DNA of 64,000 nt from Pseudidiomarina sp. (GCA_048268755.1 JBLWUU010000002.1:241268-305267), one strand, 5' to 3'. Shown: positions 18,735 through 29,028, numbered from the stretch's first letter. A program made the numbers and translations. Notes: a model not told the origin generated them from the sequence alone.

Positions 18735-20411
18735 TTAGAAGCTTTCAGAAGGCGCGTATTGCATGCCGATGCGCGCATTTTGCACCTGACACTCGGCGCC
18801 CGCCGTTTGAGTTTTAGTGTCTTCACCGCCTATTAAGGTCATGGTGAATTGTTCCCACTTCACTTCAACCACCTCGCGCTCACGACATAACAAACGCAAT
18901 GAATCATACAAGCCGCGATTCGCGATAAAGTTAGTGGTCGGCTCGACTTGCACTACTTGGGCATCTTCCGCAAAGCTTACCGCGTTCACATCATTACCGG
19001 TGAAGGTGCCAGCTGAGCCTGCCATCAAATAATGGAAGGTCGCAGCAACAGCGCGTTCGTTTTGTTGTGCGCCAGCAGCGAAGAAGACCCCACGCTCACC
19101 GGCCACTTTGAAGTCACCGCTGCGTAGGCTGACTAACAACGCGGTTTCGGCGTCGATTCCCACGGCTAAAGGTACGCGGTTGGTAGCTGCGACACGCAGT
19201 AAGCGTCCATGGTTACCTTCTTCGCCCATGCGCGTATCGACGGTGCCCCAGCGGAATAGACCGGCGCCACCGATGGGGTGATAAGCAACACTATTTTCGT
19301 TCAAATTACGTGGACAGGTATCGTCTTTGTGACAGCCCAAACCAGGCAAGCGCGTCGCGAATACGCCTGCTTTAAGTGCTTCACGGCTGCTGCCGCCGGC
19401 AATCATCGCTTGGCTGGTCATCACATTAGCAGAACGCCCAGCGGCAGCCACGACTAGCTTCTCTTCAGCGACACGTTCAGCGATGCCAACGGCTAATGCG
19501 TTGGGCTCGTTTAATTCAGTCACCAACAACGGGCGCAACAAGTCTGGGTTACCATCGGCAAAGAACAGCACATCAGCATTGCGGATTTGGGTGAGCGCGT
19601 CACCGGCTTCGCAGAACGCCAGTTGGCGTGCATGTAAATCGGCATGCACAACGTCACGGCGAAATGCGCTCATTTCACTTGCACGGTAATCGTTCAGTTG
19701 CTCACAGGCGTTGTCTTCACGGGCTGCTTTAACTGCTGCATCGATGGGTAACCACGAGGCATCAGCACCGGCGCCAGCGAAGGCTTGCAGATAGTAGTTA
19801 ACTAAGTCCAAGCTATCACGCTGGGCGGCAGTCACGACCAAAACATGAGGGGTCTCGTCACTACTTACTTTTTGTGCCTGCGACAAAATCTGTCGCATGT
19901 AGTCAATGTTCACTTGGCTCTTAGTCGCGGTTAGATTAACACCAAACGCAGCATCGCGCGGAACTGGCATTTCCAGATGGTCGATAATCAAGTCCCAATC
20001 ACGCTCAGATAACTGCTGGTACAAGTATTGGGTCGCGCGACGGGTAAACTCTTCGGTAAAGCTGCGCTCTGAAATAACGTCTTGCTTCACGCGATCTCGG
20101 AGCAATTCGATTGCTTCTTTCAGGTCATCTCGGGTATCACGGCGCAGCGGCGACCAGTTTTTATCGTCAAGCAAAGCCTCGACGTAGGGCCCGCTCAAAT
20201 TCACATAGCGGTCATAGCGCATGGCGTCACGGTCAATCCAGTCGGTATCGGCACAACGCTGCCAAGCCATGCTCGAACACACTTCGAGGGCATCACCTAG
20301 CAATACCAACGGATAGAAATCCGTTTCTTTTTCTTCTTGTGCTTGGCTTACGGGTGCCAGTGCGAATACTGACAGTAGCGCCAAGCCACAGGTGAATAGT
20401 GTTTTGCGCAT
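18735..20411 (-). CDS. Secreted cyanophycinase-like protein, catalytic motifs degenerate
   Basis: ATG 20411 with GAGGAG RBS and signal peptide; HVLVVTAA, GGAGLF, GRL, GID..TAL family landmarks. Confidence 0.7.
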   Translation of the reverse strand: MRKTLFTCGLALLSVFALAPVSQAQEEKETDFYPLVLLGDALEVCSSMAWQRCADTDWIDRDAMRYDRYVNLSGPYVEALLDDKNWSPLRRDTRDDLKEAIELLRDRVKQDVISERSFTEEFTRRATQYLYQQLSERDWDLIIDHLEMPVPRDAAFGVNLTATKSQVNIDYMRQILSQAQKVSSDETPHVLVVTAAQRDSLDLVNYYLQAFAGAGADASWLPIDAAVKAAREDNACEQLNDYRASEMSAFRRDVVHADLHARQLAFCEAGDALTQIRNADVLFFADGNPDLLRPLLVTELNEPNALAVGIAERVAEEKLVVAAAGRSANVMTSQAMIAGGSSREALKAGVFATRLPGLGCHKDDTCPRNLNENSVAYHPIGGAGLFRWGTVDTRMGEEGNHGRLLRVAATNRVPLAVGIDAETALLVSLRSGDFKVAGERGVFFAAGAQQNERAVAATFHYLMAGSAGTFTGNDVNAVSFAEDAQVVQVEPTTNFIANRGLYDSLRLLCREREVVEVKWEQFTMTLIGGEDTKTQTAGAECQVQNARIGMQYAPSESF

Positions 20412-20557
20412 GTACTTACTCCTCATTGACGTGCGTCTTCGCAATATGTTTTGCCCTAGCTTGCGCACAGTGTAACACCTTTTTTTGCCTATCCGAGGTG
20501 CTATACTGCAAGCCTAACTTGGTAATAACCATTTCGACCTTGGTTGGGGCGCAGAAG

Positions 20558-22021
20558 TTGCATACAATTTTCAATTCAAAACTCTTCAGCAAGCTCATCG
20601 TTGGGCTCTGCTTCGTGGTTGCGCCAGCGACATTTTCGCCTGTCGGCGAGGCCGCAGAGCAGCCGCAAGAGCTCGTATTTCGTATGCCCGACCCCTCACC
20701 GATCACCGACTATGCAGTATCCGTCATTACGGAGGTTTATAAAGAGTTGGGCATCAAAGTGAGTTTCGTCGAAATGCCACGCGACCGCAGTCTGACGGAA
20801 GCCAATAAGGGCCATATCTCCGGTGAGTTGGGCCGTTTGCCCAATATTGGTGAAGAGTATACCAACTTGGTCCGCATCGACTTTCCACTGTTTGACTCGC
20901 GCGTGCTATTAGTCGCGGATCGGCGCGATTGTGGTTTATGTAATTTCGAGGCCATTGAGAGCTATGCCTATATCGGCGGGACACAATCCGTTGAAAACGT
21001 TATTGCGCGGCAGACCGTCGAAAAACCAAGTATTAAAGTGGTCAACTTTGAGCAACTGCAGTTGTTGTATGAAAATGACCGCGTGCAGGCAGTTATCGTT
21101 AATGACTTCGAGGCCCAGCAGCTGCGTTCAATCAAGAGCCCCTACACGATTACAGTCCCGTATACGCGCAACACCGGGTATCACTTTCTCTACAAAGACT
21201 ATGCGTATTTAGTCCCGAAAGTCGAAGCAATCTTAGCGCGCATGGCGGCGAATGACCGCTTACGCGAAATCGCTCGCGCAACCAATGCAGAAATGCTCGT
21301 AACGCCCATGGTCAGCGCCACTTCAGAATTTGGCTCGGTCAGCATAACCGCTGGTCTACGAGAGAATTATATCGAGCTTGATGGCAGTGGTTATTACTGG
21401 GATCTAATGCGCCGCGTTTTCACTCCAGCAGCCAATGAGGTAGAGCTATTTGCCAATGGTCCAACGCGTGCTTACCTTGGTTACGTTGACGAACGGTTTG
21501 ATATTTTCGTGGGCGACTACACTGTAGCGACGCAAGCTCACTCAATTACCTCAAGGAATCATATCGATTTTGATCAAGGGCTCTTTTTATTCGCTCGAGA
21601 TGAAGAGACATTGAACAAGCTGAAAGCAGGTGAGCACCCACGACCCATTTGCCACATTCGTAGCTTTTCCTATAATTACCTGTTCCCAGAATCGACCTCG
21701 TTTTATGCTGCGGACGACCAACTTGATTGCTTTGCCATGCTCGATATGGGCCGCGTTGCTGGTGTGATTGATTACAGTGATCAGGCTCCGGAGTGGAGTG
21801 AGTACCCCTACAAGATTGCGCAAATTCGTGACCCTTTACCACTGCATGTGAAATTTCGTAATGACCCGCGCGGGCACCGCTTGCGGGACTGGTTTGACAG
21901 CGAACTGCGGCGCCTCGTCGAAAGTGGCGAGATCGCTGAGATTTACACCGAAGAAATACTGAAACGCAGCAAGTTTGATTTGAATATGCCCAAAGTTAAT
22001 ACGCCGCAAGGACCGCAATAA
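20558..22021 (+). CDS. Periplasmic protein with two tandem type-2 substrate-binding domains (start uncertain; TTG 20540 or 20558)
   Basis: Signal-like N-terminus; MPRDRSLTEANKG..SGELGR in domain 1; GYYWDLMRRVF, RAYLGY, GRVAGVID in domain 2. Confidence 0.65.
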   Translation: MHTIFNSKLFSKLIVGLCFVVAPATFSPVGEAAEQPQELVFRMPDPSPITDYAVSVITEVYKELGIKVSFVEMPRDRSLTEANKGHISGELGRLPNIGEEYTNLVRIDFPLFDSRVLLVADRRDCGLCNFEAIESYAYIGGTQSVENVIARQTVEKPSIKVVNFEQLQLLYENDRVQAVIVNDFEAQQLRSIKSPYTITVPYTRNTGYHFLYKDYAYLVPKVEAILARMAANDRLREIARATNAEMLVTPMVSATSEFGSVSITAGLRENYIELDGSGYYWDLMRRVFTPAANEVELFANGPTRAYLGYVDERFDIFVGDYTVATQAHSITSRNHIDFDQGLFLFARDEETLNKLKAGEHPRPICHIRSFSYNYLFPESTSFYAADDQLDCFAMLDMGRVAGVIDYSDQAPEWSEYPYKIAQIRDPLPLHVKFRNDPRGHRLRDWFDSELRRLVESGEIAEIYTEEILKRSKFDLNMPKVNTPQGPQ

Positions 22022-22486
22022 ATGTTTCATATTGCTCTGCACAACCCTGTGATGCCAGCTAATACTGGCAATATTATTCGACTCAGCGCCAACAACGGCT
22101 GTCAGTTACATCTCATTGAACCTTTGGGCTTCGACTTTGAAGAAAAGAAGCTGCGCCGCGCAGGGCTGGATTACCATGATTTAAGCAATGTGGCACGCTA
22201 CCCTGACTTTGCGTCTTTTGCACAAGCGATGGGCGAGCGTCCGATGTTCGCTTGCACCACGAAAGGCAGTAGCAACTATACGGCGGTCAGCTACCCCAGC
22301 GAATGTGTCTTACTATTTGGCTCTGAAACCAGTGGCTTGCCGGACAGTGTGCTCAGCCAATTTAAGCCCGAGCAACGCATTCGCATCCCGATGATGCCCA
22401 ACAATCGCTCGCTCAATCTTTCCAATGCGGTCGCAATCATAAGTTACGAAGCTTGGCGGCAACACAGTTTTGCTGGAGGCGCTTAG
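22022..22486 (+). CDS. trmL: tRNA (cytidine(34)-2'-O)-methyltransferase
   Basis: [34 protein letters not shown]. Confidence 0.95.
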   Translation: MFHIALHNPVMPANTGNIIRLSANNGCQLHLIEPLGFDFEEKKLRRAGLDYHDLSNVARYPDFASFAQAMGERPMFACTTKGSSNYTAVSYPSECVLLFGSETSGLPDSVLSQFKPEQRIRIPMMPNNRSLNLSNAVAIISYEAWRQHSFAGGA

Positions 22487-23439
22487 TGGCAACCCAACGC
22501 GATTACGGATTTTGGGTCAAAGTTGCCACACGGGCCTCAGTAAGCGTCGCCTTTACGCTGATTGTCGTAAAGTTGTGGGCATGGATAGCGACGGATGCGT
22601 CAAGTATGTTGGCATCAGCGACCGACTCGATGCTCGACGGGCTTGCGTCTTTGTTTACCTTCTTTTCAGTCCGTTATGCGCTGCAGCCGGCCGATCGTGA
22701 ACACCGCTTCGGTCACGGTAAGGCGGAATCGCTGGCTGCGCTGGTACAATCGGCGTTAATTACTGGCTCGGCTATGTTATTGCTGGTCCATAGTGCGCAA
22801 CAACTCTGGCAGGGCAGTGTGGTGCAGCAAGCCGATATTGGCGTCTATGTGTCGCTGTTGGCTATTGCCCTGACATTGGCTCTGGTTATTCTGCAACGCG
22901 CTGCGATCCGTCATACGGACTCGAAAGCCATTGCCGCAGATCATCTGCATTTTCAATCTGACTTATTGCTCAATAGCGCGGTTATCGCTGCCCTATTGTT
23001 GAGCGCTTACGGTTGGTATTGGGCGGATAGCGTATTCGCAATCTTAATCGCGGTTTATCTTGCTTATGGCGCGATACGTATTGGCTGGGAGGCTTTTCAG
23101 GGGCTCATGGATCGCGAGTTGCCCGATGCAGACAAAGCACAGATTATCGCCGTGCTGCGCGCCACTAAAGGAATTCATGGTTGGCACGATTTACGTACCC
23201 GTGCTTCGGGGCCAACGCGCTTTATTCAGTGTCATGTGGAACTGAAAGATGAACTATCGCTGAAGACAGCGCACGATATTGCCGATGGCGCGGAGCAGCG
23301 CTTACGCGAACTCTTTCCAGATACCGATGTGATTATTCACATGGATCCGCTTTCTGCTGTTCCTGAGACGAGCGAGTTTCCTGAAACCACGCCACCGTCT
23401 GCTCCAGCGTTGGCTGACGATACACATCGGCCTCAATAA
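22486..23439 (+). CDS. fieF: Cation diffusion facilitator (FieF/YiiP)
   Basis: GTG start 22486; ATDS, PADREHRFGHGKAE, ADHLHFQSD, IHMDP. Confidence 0.9.
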   Translation: MATQRDYGFWVKVATRASVSVAFTLIVVKLWAWIATDASSMLASATDSMLDGLASLFTFFSVRYALQPADREHRFGHGKAESLAALVQSALITGSAMLLLVHSAQQLWQGSVVQQADIGVYVSLLAIALTLALVILQRAAIRHTDSKAIAADHLHFQSDLLLNSAVIAALLLSAYGWYWADSVFAILIAVYLAYGAIRIGWEAFQGLMDRELPDADKAQIIAVLRATKGIHGWHDLRTRASGPTRFIQCHVELKDELSLKTAHDIADGAEQRLRELFPDTDVIIHMDPLSAVPETSEFPETTPPSAPALADDTHRPQ

Positions 23440-24400
23440 AAAGCTCGTGTCGGGCGCCAGGAATGACCTCCAAGCGACTTTGCGGGTGCGACAGCGCACA
23501 CACGAACTCCGCCTGTCCGCGCGGGTCAACGACGGTATCGCTGCCCGCTTGTAACACCAACACAGGAATGTGGATATCGGCGGCTTCGGAGATCGCTTGG
23601 CGACTCGCTGATAATGCTTGTGATACCCAACGAAAACTTGGCCCGCCGAGCTTTACCTCTGGATGGTCTTGGTACAGTTGGCGGAAGGTTTGGTAGCGCG
23701 CCAGACTTTGACTCAGTTCATTTTGCGCAAACGGCACTTCGACATACTCACCGGTACCAATAATAAACCACGGCCGTTTAGGCATAAGTAAGTTGTTTAG
23801 TGCCGCGCCAGCATGAGCAAAGCCAGCGGCTAACCAATGCGGTATTTTGCCAGTCTGGATGCCAAACATGGGGGAACACAGCACGGCATTTTTGACCTTG
23901 TGCGGGTAACGAGCCAAATACAATGCGGCGATCGCACCGCCCATCGAGTGCGCCACTAACTGCAGCGGCAACTCTTTACCATAGTGTTCTTGTACTGCAG
24001 CTTCTGTAGCGCGCGTGAAAGCGGCAAAATCATCGACGAAATCGTCAAACCGGTCGACATGCCCATTATGCTCATGTGCTCCGAGCCGATCGGAATAGCC
24101 TTGCCCCCGATGGTCAACAATTGCCGTGGCGTAGCCCAACTGTGCCAACTCCCATACCAACTCTGGATATTTGATGGCCCCTTCGATGCGCCCTGGGCTG
24201 AGCAATACGACCGCTTTGGCGTTTTTCGGAAAAATATGGAAGTAACGTAAGGTGACATTATGGGGTCGTTCCATGTCGTGCATCTGCACATGCTGACGCC
24301 AAAACGGCATGACCGTGTCATTAAAAAAAGCCTGCCACGCTGACTTGTTATCGTCGCTAGGTTTTTCAGAAAGTGCTGTTACTAGATCTAGTTCGGACAC
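23333..24400 (-). CDS. pldB: Lysophospholipase L2-like alpha/beta hydrolase
   Basis: PGRIE...Y.E, DHRGQGYS, AHSMGG, GARHEL. Confidence 0.8.
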   Translation of the reverse strand: MSELDLVTALSEKPSDDNKSAWQAFFNDTVMPFWRQHVQMHDMERPHNVTLRYFHIFPKNAKAVVLLSPGRIEGAIKYPELVWELAQLGYATAIVDHRGQGYSDRLGAHEHNGHVDRFDDFVDDFAAFTRATEAAVQEHYGKELPLQLVAHSMGGAIAALYLARYPHKVKNAVLCSPMFGIQTGKIPHWLAAGFAHAGAALNNLLMPKRPWFIIGTGEYVEVPFAQNELSQSLARYQTFRQLYQDHPEVKLGGPSFRWVSQALSASRQAISEAADIHIPVLVLQAGSDTVVDPRGQAEFVCALSHPQSRLEVIPGARHELFIEADVYRQPTLEQTVAWFQETRSSQEQQKADPCE

Positions 24401-25747
24401 CTAGGTGCTCCTTTGTAAAGTCACCGCTACTTCTAAACCACCTTCGGGATGATTACGTGCATCAATATGGCCGCCGAGCACGGCTGCGGCACGCAGACTA
24501 AGTGCCATGCCGAGACCAACGCCCGCTTTGTGATTACGCGACGGGTCGGCACGATAAAATGGCGTGAAAAGCTGCTCCAACTGGTCTTCAGGTACCCCTT
24601 GACCATGGTCACGCACCAAAATAGTGTAACTCGCTGGCGCTGCCTGACAACTTATTTCGATCGTTTCATCCGTATATTGCAGCGCATTACGGATCAAGTT
24701 TTCAAGTATCAACCGCAGTAACTCAGGGTCACTGTCAATGACGGGCCAGTCGTCAGTCTCATGTACCTGCAATCGTTGACCGTGTTGCGCATCCACATAG
24801 CCCAAGTCTTTCACAAGCTGCGACACTAGCTGTCGCACATCAACGGGCTCAGCTTGCAACTTCACTAAGCCATTTTCCAAACGTGAAAGCGACAGGATAC
24901 GTTCGATAATCGTGCTGAGCCGCTCGAGATCGCGGCCCAGTTGACCTAAATGTTGCTCGCGCTCATTACCGTCGTCGTCATCTTGACTCAGCATGAGTGC
25001 AACCTGCATTCGCGCTAATGGCGAACGCAGCTCATGGGAAACATCCGAGAGTAAGCGCCGCTGCGCATCACGCGATACCGCGAGATCATATGCGGTGGTC
25101 GATAGCGCACGCGCCAGCTCACCGAGCTCATCATTGCGTTTAGGTAGACGCTTCAGATCTGGCTTTTCGCTGCCTTTGGCAATTTCACGGGTCGCGTGGG
25201 TTAAGCGCCTTAGCGGCATCACTAACCATGCACCGAGCAAAATTGCGATTGCTAAACTGCCGATTAATAGCGCTAGTGTTTGTACCCGCTGCGTTTGTTG
25301 TTCAGAGACCACTTGCTGTTCGCGTTCGTCAGCGGTAATAGGTCGGGTGACCAACAAGCTATAACCATCAAGCTTGAAGGGGCCAATGAGCATACGATTG
25401 CCAATGGGTAGTTGTTGCGGCTCTTCAGCTTCAAGTTGCGACAATAACAGGCGTCGGTGTGAGGCGCTTAAGCTGCGATCAAGCTGCAAACGTTCTTGCC
25501 CACTTGGTGCTAAGCTCGCTGCGACACGGTAGTCACCCGCCAACAAACGCCCAGGAGTCAGTGAACGAAAGGTGTTTACATCGGAAAGCAGCGGCGCCAG
25601 CGAGGACTGTACCGCTGCGGGCACGGGGCTTGGCGCTATCGGCTTGCTAAACCATAAGGCTAGCAAGTAACCACTGCTCGCCACTGCGAAGAGCAGGACC
25701 CAAAAAAGGAACAACAGTCGCAGTGAAAGCGAGTGGTACCAACGCAT
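24401..25747 (-). CDS. cpxA: Sensor histidine kinase, CpxA-like
   Basis: HAMP, DVSHELRSPL H-box, ENLIRNA, RDHGQG, GLGMA. Confidence 0.7.
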   Translation of the reverse strand: MRWYHSLSLRLLFLFWVLLFAVASSGYLLALWFSKPIAPSPVPAAVQSSLAPLLSDVNTFRSLTPGRLLAGDYRVAASLAPSGQERLQLDRSLSASHRRLLLSQLEAEEPQQLPIGNRMLIGPFKLDGYSLLVTRPITADEREQQVVSEQQTQRVQTLALLIGSLAIAILLGAWLVMPLRRLTHATREIAKGSEKPDLKRLPKRNDELGELARALSTTAYDLAVSRDAQRRLLSDVSHELRSPLARMQVALMLSQDDDDGNEREQHLGQLGRDLERLSTIIERILSLSRLENGLVKLQAEPVDVRQLVSQLVKDLGYVDAQHGQRLQVHETDDWPVIDSDPELLRLILENLIRNALQYTDETIEISCQAAPASYTILVRDHGQGVPEDQLEQLFTPFYRADPSRNHKAGVGLGMALSLRAAAVLGGHIDARNHPEGGLEVAVTLQRST

Positions 25748-25756
25748 CAGCTGGCC

Positions 25757-26434
25757 TTACGCGAACTGAATGATACGGTAACCGCGACCACGCACGGTCT
25801 GAATACGCTCTGGATCCGTCGGCAGCTTTTTACGAATGTTACTGATATGCACATCAAGACTGCGGTCGAAAGGTGCCAGCGAACGCCCAAGAGCGGCGAC
25901 TGAGAGCGCATCTTTGCTTACCACTTCGCCGTGGGCACGGACTAAAGTGCGCAGAATATCAAATTCGGTTGGCGTAAGGTCAAGTGCCGTTTCGTCGCAA
26001 ACCGCAGCGTTTTGCGCTGGGTCGATGGTGAAGCCAGCGTACTCGCTTTTCTCGGGGCGCACACTCGTGTGTGGCGTGCGGCGCAACAGTGCTTTGACCC
26101 GTGCCACCAACTCTTTCGGATAAAAGGGCTTGGGTAGATAATCGTCAGCACCTAATTCGAGGCCAGCAACACGATCGTCGTCGTCACCACGGGCGGTCAA
26201 CATGAGTACCGGCGTATTGCGTGCTTGCTGACGCAACCGTTGCAGTAATTGAAAGCCATCGATACCTGGCAACATAACGTCGAGCAAGATCAGATCGAAC
26301 GACCCGCTTAATGCGCGTTCCAGACCGGTCTCGCCGTCGGCGGCGAGGGTCAGCTGAAAGCCTTCCTTGGTGAGAATTTGCTCTAACATACTGCTTAGTT
26401 CAGCATCGTCATCAACAAGTAATATTTTGCTCAT
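25757..26434 (-). CDS. cpxR: OmpR-family response regulator, CpxR-like
   Basis: LLVDDD, LLDVMLP, DRSLDVHISNIRKK, TVRGRGY. Confidence 0.72.
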   Translation of the reverse strand: MSKILLVDDDAELSSMLEQILTKEGFQLTLAADGETGLERALSGSFDLILLDVMLPGIDGFQLLQRLRQQARNTPVLMLTARGDDDDRVAGLELGADDYLPKPFYPKELVARVKALLRRTPHTSVRPEKSEYAGFTIDPAQNAAVCDETALDLTPTEFDILRTLVRAHGEVVSKDALSVAALGRSLAPFDRSLDVHISNIRKKLPTDPERIQTVRGRGYRIIQFA

Positions 26435-26460
26435 AAGTTACCCTGTGTTGTTATTGTAGC

Positions 26461-26488
26461 TCTTTACAGACTAAGCATTATGTAAAGA
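26461..26488. promoter_or_regulatory. Inverted repeat with GTAAA half-sites upstream of cpxR-like gene
   Basis: TCTTTACA-N12-TGTAAAGA. Confidence 0.45.
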
Positions 26489-26510
26489 CACCTCTAAATA
26501 GATAGTCCAT

Positions 26511-27929
26511 TTACGCATCTTTTACGAACTCTTTGAGCTTGCGAGCGAGCGTATTTCGCCCCCAACCGAGTTTCTCGGCTGCGCGTTGCTTATGTCCGTC
26601 GGTACTTGCCATAGCAGCATCTACAGCAATACGCTCAATAGTATTGATAAGCTCACTTAAAATATCACTTTCGTCGGCGGTTAAGCGTTGTTCGATTTCG
26701 CGTTGTAAAGCGACTTGCCAGCTCTCTGTGGGCGGCGAGTTCAGCACCTGAGCTGTCGCCCTTTGCTCTAGGTCTTGTGGCAGGTCGCCAACGTCAACAC
26801 GACGTCCTGGCGCCATCACGGTCAACCAGCGACAGGTATTTTCGAGTTGTCTAACATTACCAGGCCATGGCGCCGCCTCCAACTTCGCCAGCGCTGCAGG
26901 GGTAAGTTGCTTGGGTTCAGCATTCAGCTCGGTCGCCGCTTTGGCCAGAAAGTGCTGCGCCAGTTGCGGAATGTCACTACGACGTTCCGCCAACGTGGGG
27001 ATTTGCAAGCGAATGACATTCAGGCGATGGAAAAGATCTTCGCGGAACTCTTTTTCTTGTACGCGTTGTTCAAGCTGCTGATGGGTGGCGGCAATAATGC
27101 GCACGTTGACCTGCACCGGCTCATAGCTGCCGACGGGGTAAAACTGGCCTTCGGCGAGCACCCTTAGTAACCGTGTTTGCACGGCCAGCGGCATGTCACC
27201 GATTTCATCAAGAAACAAGGTACCGCCGTCGGCTTGTTCGAAGCGGCCGCGACGGCGCTGCGTAGCCCCCGTAAAGGCGCCTTTTTCATGGCCAAATAAT
27301 TCGGATTCGATTAAGTCGGCAGGAATCGCCGCCATATTTAAGGCTATAAAGGGTTTGTTGCTACGTGGACTGTGTTGGTGCAGGGCACGCGCCACCAACT
27401 CCTTACCCGTTCCCGAAGCGCCGGTAATCAGCACCGTGGCGCTTGAGTGGGATAAGCGACCAATGGCACGAAACACATCTTGCATGGCTGGGGCAGCACC
27501 TATCATCCCCGAGACCTCGCCAGCCCCCTCAAGTTTGTTGCTTTCAGCTTGTTCGAGTTGCAGCGCACGGCTGATGGTGTGTACCACTTCGTCCATGTCG
27601 AATGGCTTAGCCAAGTATTCAAACGCACCGCCTTGAAAGGCACTCACAGCAGAATCAAGATCCGAGTGAGCGGTCATGACGATCACCCGCAACTGGGGAA
27701 AATGGCTTTGCATGTAATCGAGTACTTGCAAACCGTCGTCGCCAGGCATGCGAATATCGGTCAACAACACCAAGGGTTGTTGCTGCTCTAGTGCTTGATA
27801 CAGGCTTGTTGCATCGGCAAAACTTCGACTCTTAATATTGGCACGCTGCAACGCACGCTCGAGCACCCAGCGAATTGAACTGTCGTCATCTAAAACCCAA
27901 ACAGGTTGTTCACTCTGCGTACGTGTCAT
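26511..27929 (-). CDS. glnG: Nitrogen regulation response regulator NtrC
   Basis: Receiver domain, GASGTGKE, GAFTGA, C-terminal HTH LGWGRNTL. Confidence 0.97.
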   Translation of the reverse strand: MTRTQSEQPVWVLDDDSSIRWVLERALQRANIKSRSFADATSLYQALEQQQPLVLLTDIRMPGDDGLQVLDYMQSHFPQLRVIVMTAHSDLDSAVSAFQGGAFEYLAKPFDMDEVVHTISRALQLEQAESNKLEGAGEVSGMIGAAPAMQDVFRAIGRLSHSSATVLITGASGTGKELVARALHQHSPRSNKPFIALNMAAIPADLIESELFGHEKGAFTGATQRRRGRFEQADGGTLFLDEIGDMPLAVQTRLLRVLAEGQFYPVGSYEPVQVNVRIIAATHQQLEQRVQEKEFREDLFHRLNVIRLQIPTLAERRSDIPQLAQHFLAKAATELNAEPKQLTPAALAKLEAAPWPGNVRQLENTCRWLTVMAPGRRVDVGDLPQDLEQRATAQVLNSPPTESWQVALQREIEQRLTADESDILSELINTIERIAVDAAMASTDGHKQRAAEKLGWGRNTLARKLKEFVKDA

Positions 27930-27932
27930 GCC

Positions 27933-29018
27933 TTACTCCTGTCCTACGTCGTGCTGCTGGGATTGCCGAGTTTCGATATAAGGTAGATACAACAAGAAGC
28001 GGGTGTCACCCGGCTCAGACAGCAACTCCACCTTGCCAGCATGTTGATGTACGGCATTTTGCGTAATGGCCAAGCCAAGTCCGGTACCACCGGCACGGCC
28101 GCTTACCATTGGGTAAAATAGCGTTTCTTTGAGTTGCTCAGGCACGCCAGGACCATTGTCTTGGATTTCAATCACCGCGCACTGACGGTAGCGCTGGCCG
28201 TAAAGGGTTTGCTGGTGCAGCACTCGAGTGCGTAGATAAATTTTGCCCTGCTGGCTATTTTGCTGCAGCGCCTCGCAGGCATTCATGACCACATTCAAAA
28301 TCGCCTGCTCGATGGCGTCAGCGGCCATATTTAGCTCAGGTAAGCTCGGATCGTAATCACGTATGAACTCAATCGTTGCGGGTGCGCTGAGCTTGGCGAC
28401 GGCAATCACCCGCTCGATGACTTCGTGCACGTTGGTGGTTTCGCGTTGCGGTAGCTCATGTGAACCCAGCATGCGATCCACCAAATTACGCAACCGATCG
28501 GCTTGGCTAATAATCAGGTCGGTATAGTCGTGCAGGCTTTCATCTTGCAGTTCACTTGCCAAGAGCTGGGCGGCACCGCGCAAGCCACCTAGTGGATTTT
28601 TAATTTCGTGAGCCAGCCCGCGCACGATGCTGTGCGCCGCTTGTAGCTGCTGCTGTTGCGAATTCTCTTGATTGATACGGCGTATCTGATCGACTTGGCG
28701 TAGCTCTAGCAGTACCTGCAAATCACCCTTCTCGGAGCTTATTGGCTGCGCAATAAATTCGATAGTGATGCGCTGGCCATCATGAAAAATCCACGTTACG
28801 TCGCTGTCGGAAACGCTTTGCTGGTCGCGCAGCGCGTGGCGTAACACTTCCGGCTCCAACGAGCTAAAGCTAAAAAGGCTGAACAAAGGGGTATTGAGGA
28901 GGCGTTTGCGGCTACCATCTAATAACGTTTCTGCCGCTGCGTTCATATAGCGGATGTGCAATTGGGCATCCAGTTGCACAATAGCGGTGAGCAACTGGTC
29001 GAATTCTGGTTGCACCAT
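27933..29018 (-). CDS. glnL: Nitrogen regulation sensor kinase NtrB
   Basis: PAS domain, LAHEIKNPLGG, DYDPSLP, DNGPG; start 29018 preferred. Confidence 0.95.
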   Translation of the reverse strand: MVQPEFDQLLTAIVQLDAQLHIRYMNAAAETLLDGSRKRLLNTPLFSLFSFSSLEPEVLRHALRDQQSVSDSDVTWIFHDGQRITIEFIAQPISSEKGDLQVLLELRQVDQIRRINQENSQQQQLQAAHSIVRGLAHEIKNPLGGLRGAAQLLASELQDESLHDYTDLIISQADRLRNLVDRMLGSHELPQRETTNVHEVIERVIAVAKLSAPATIEFIRDYDPSLPELNMAADAIEQAILNVVMNACEALQQNSQQGKIYLRTRVLHQQTLYGQRYRQCAVIEIQDNGPGVPEQLKETLFYPMVSGRAGGTGLGLAITQNAVHQHAGKVELLSEPGDTRFLLYLPYIETRQSQQHDVGQE

Positions 29019-29027
29019 TTTGGTGCA
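29011..29027. promoter_or_regulatory. NtrC binding site overlapping ntrB start codon
   Basis: TGCACCA-TTT-TGGTGCA, perfect consensus palindrome. Confidence 0.85.
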
Positions 29028-29028
29028 A

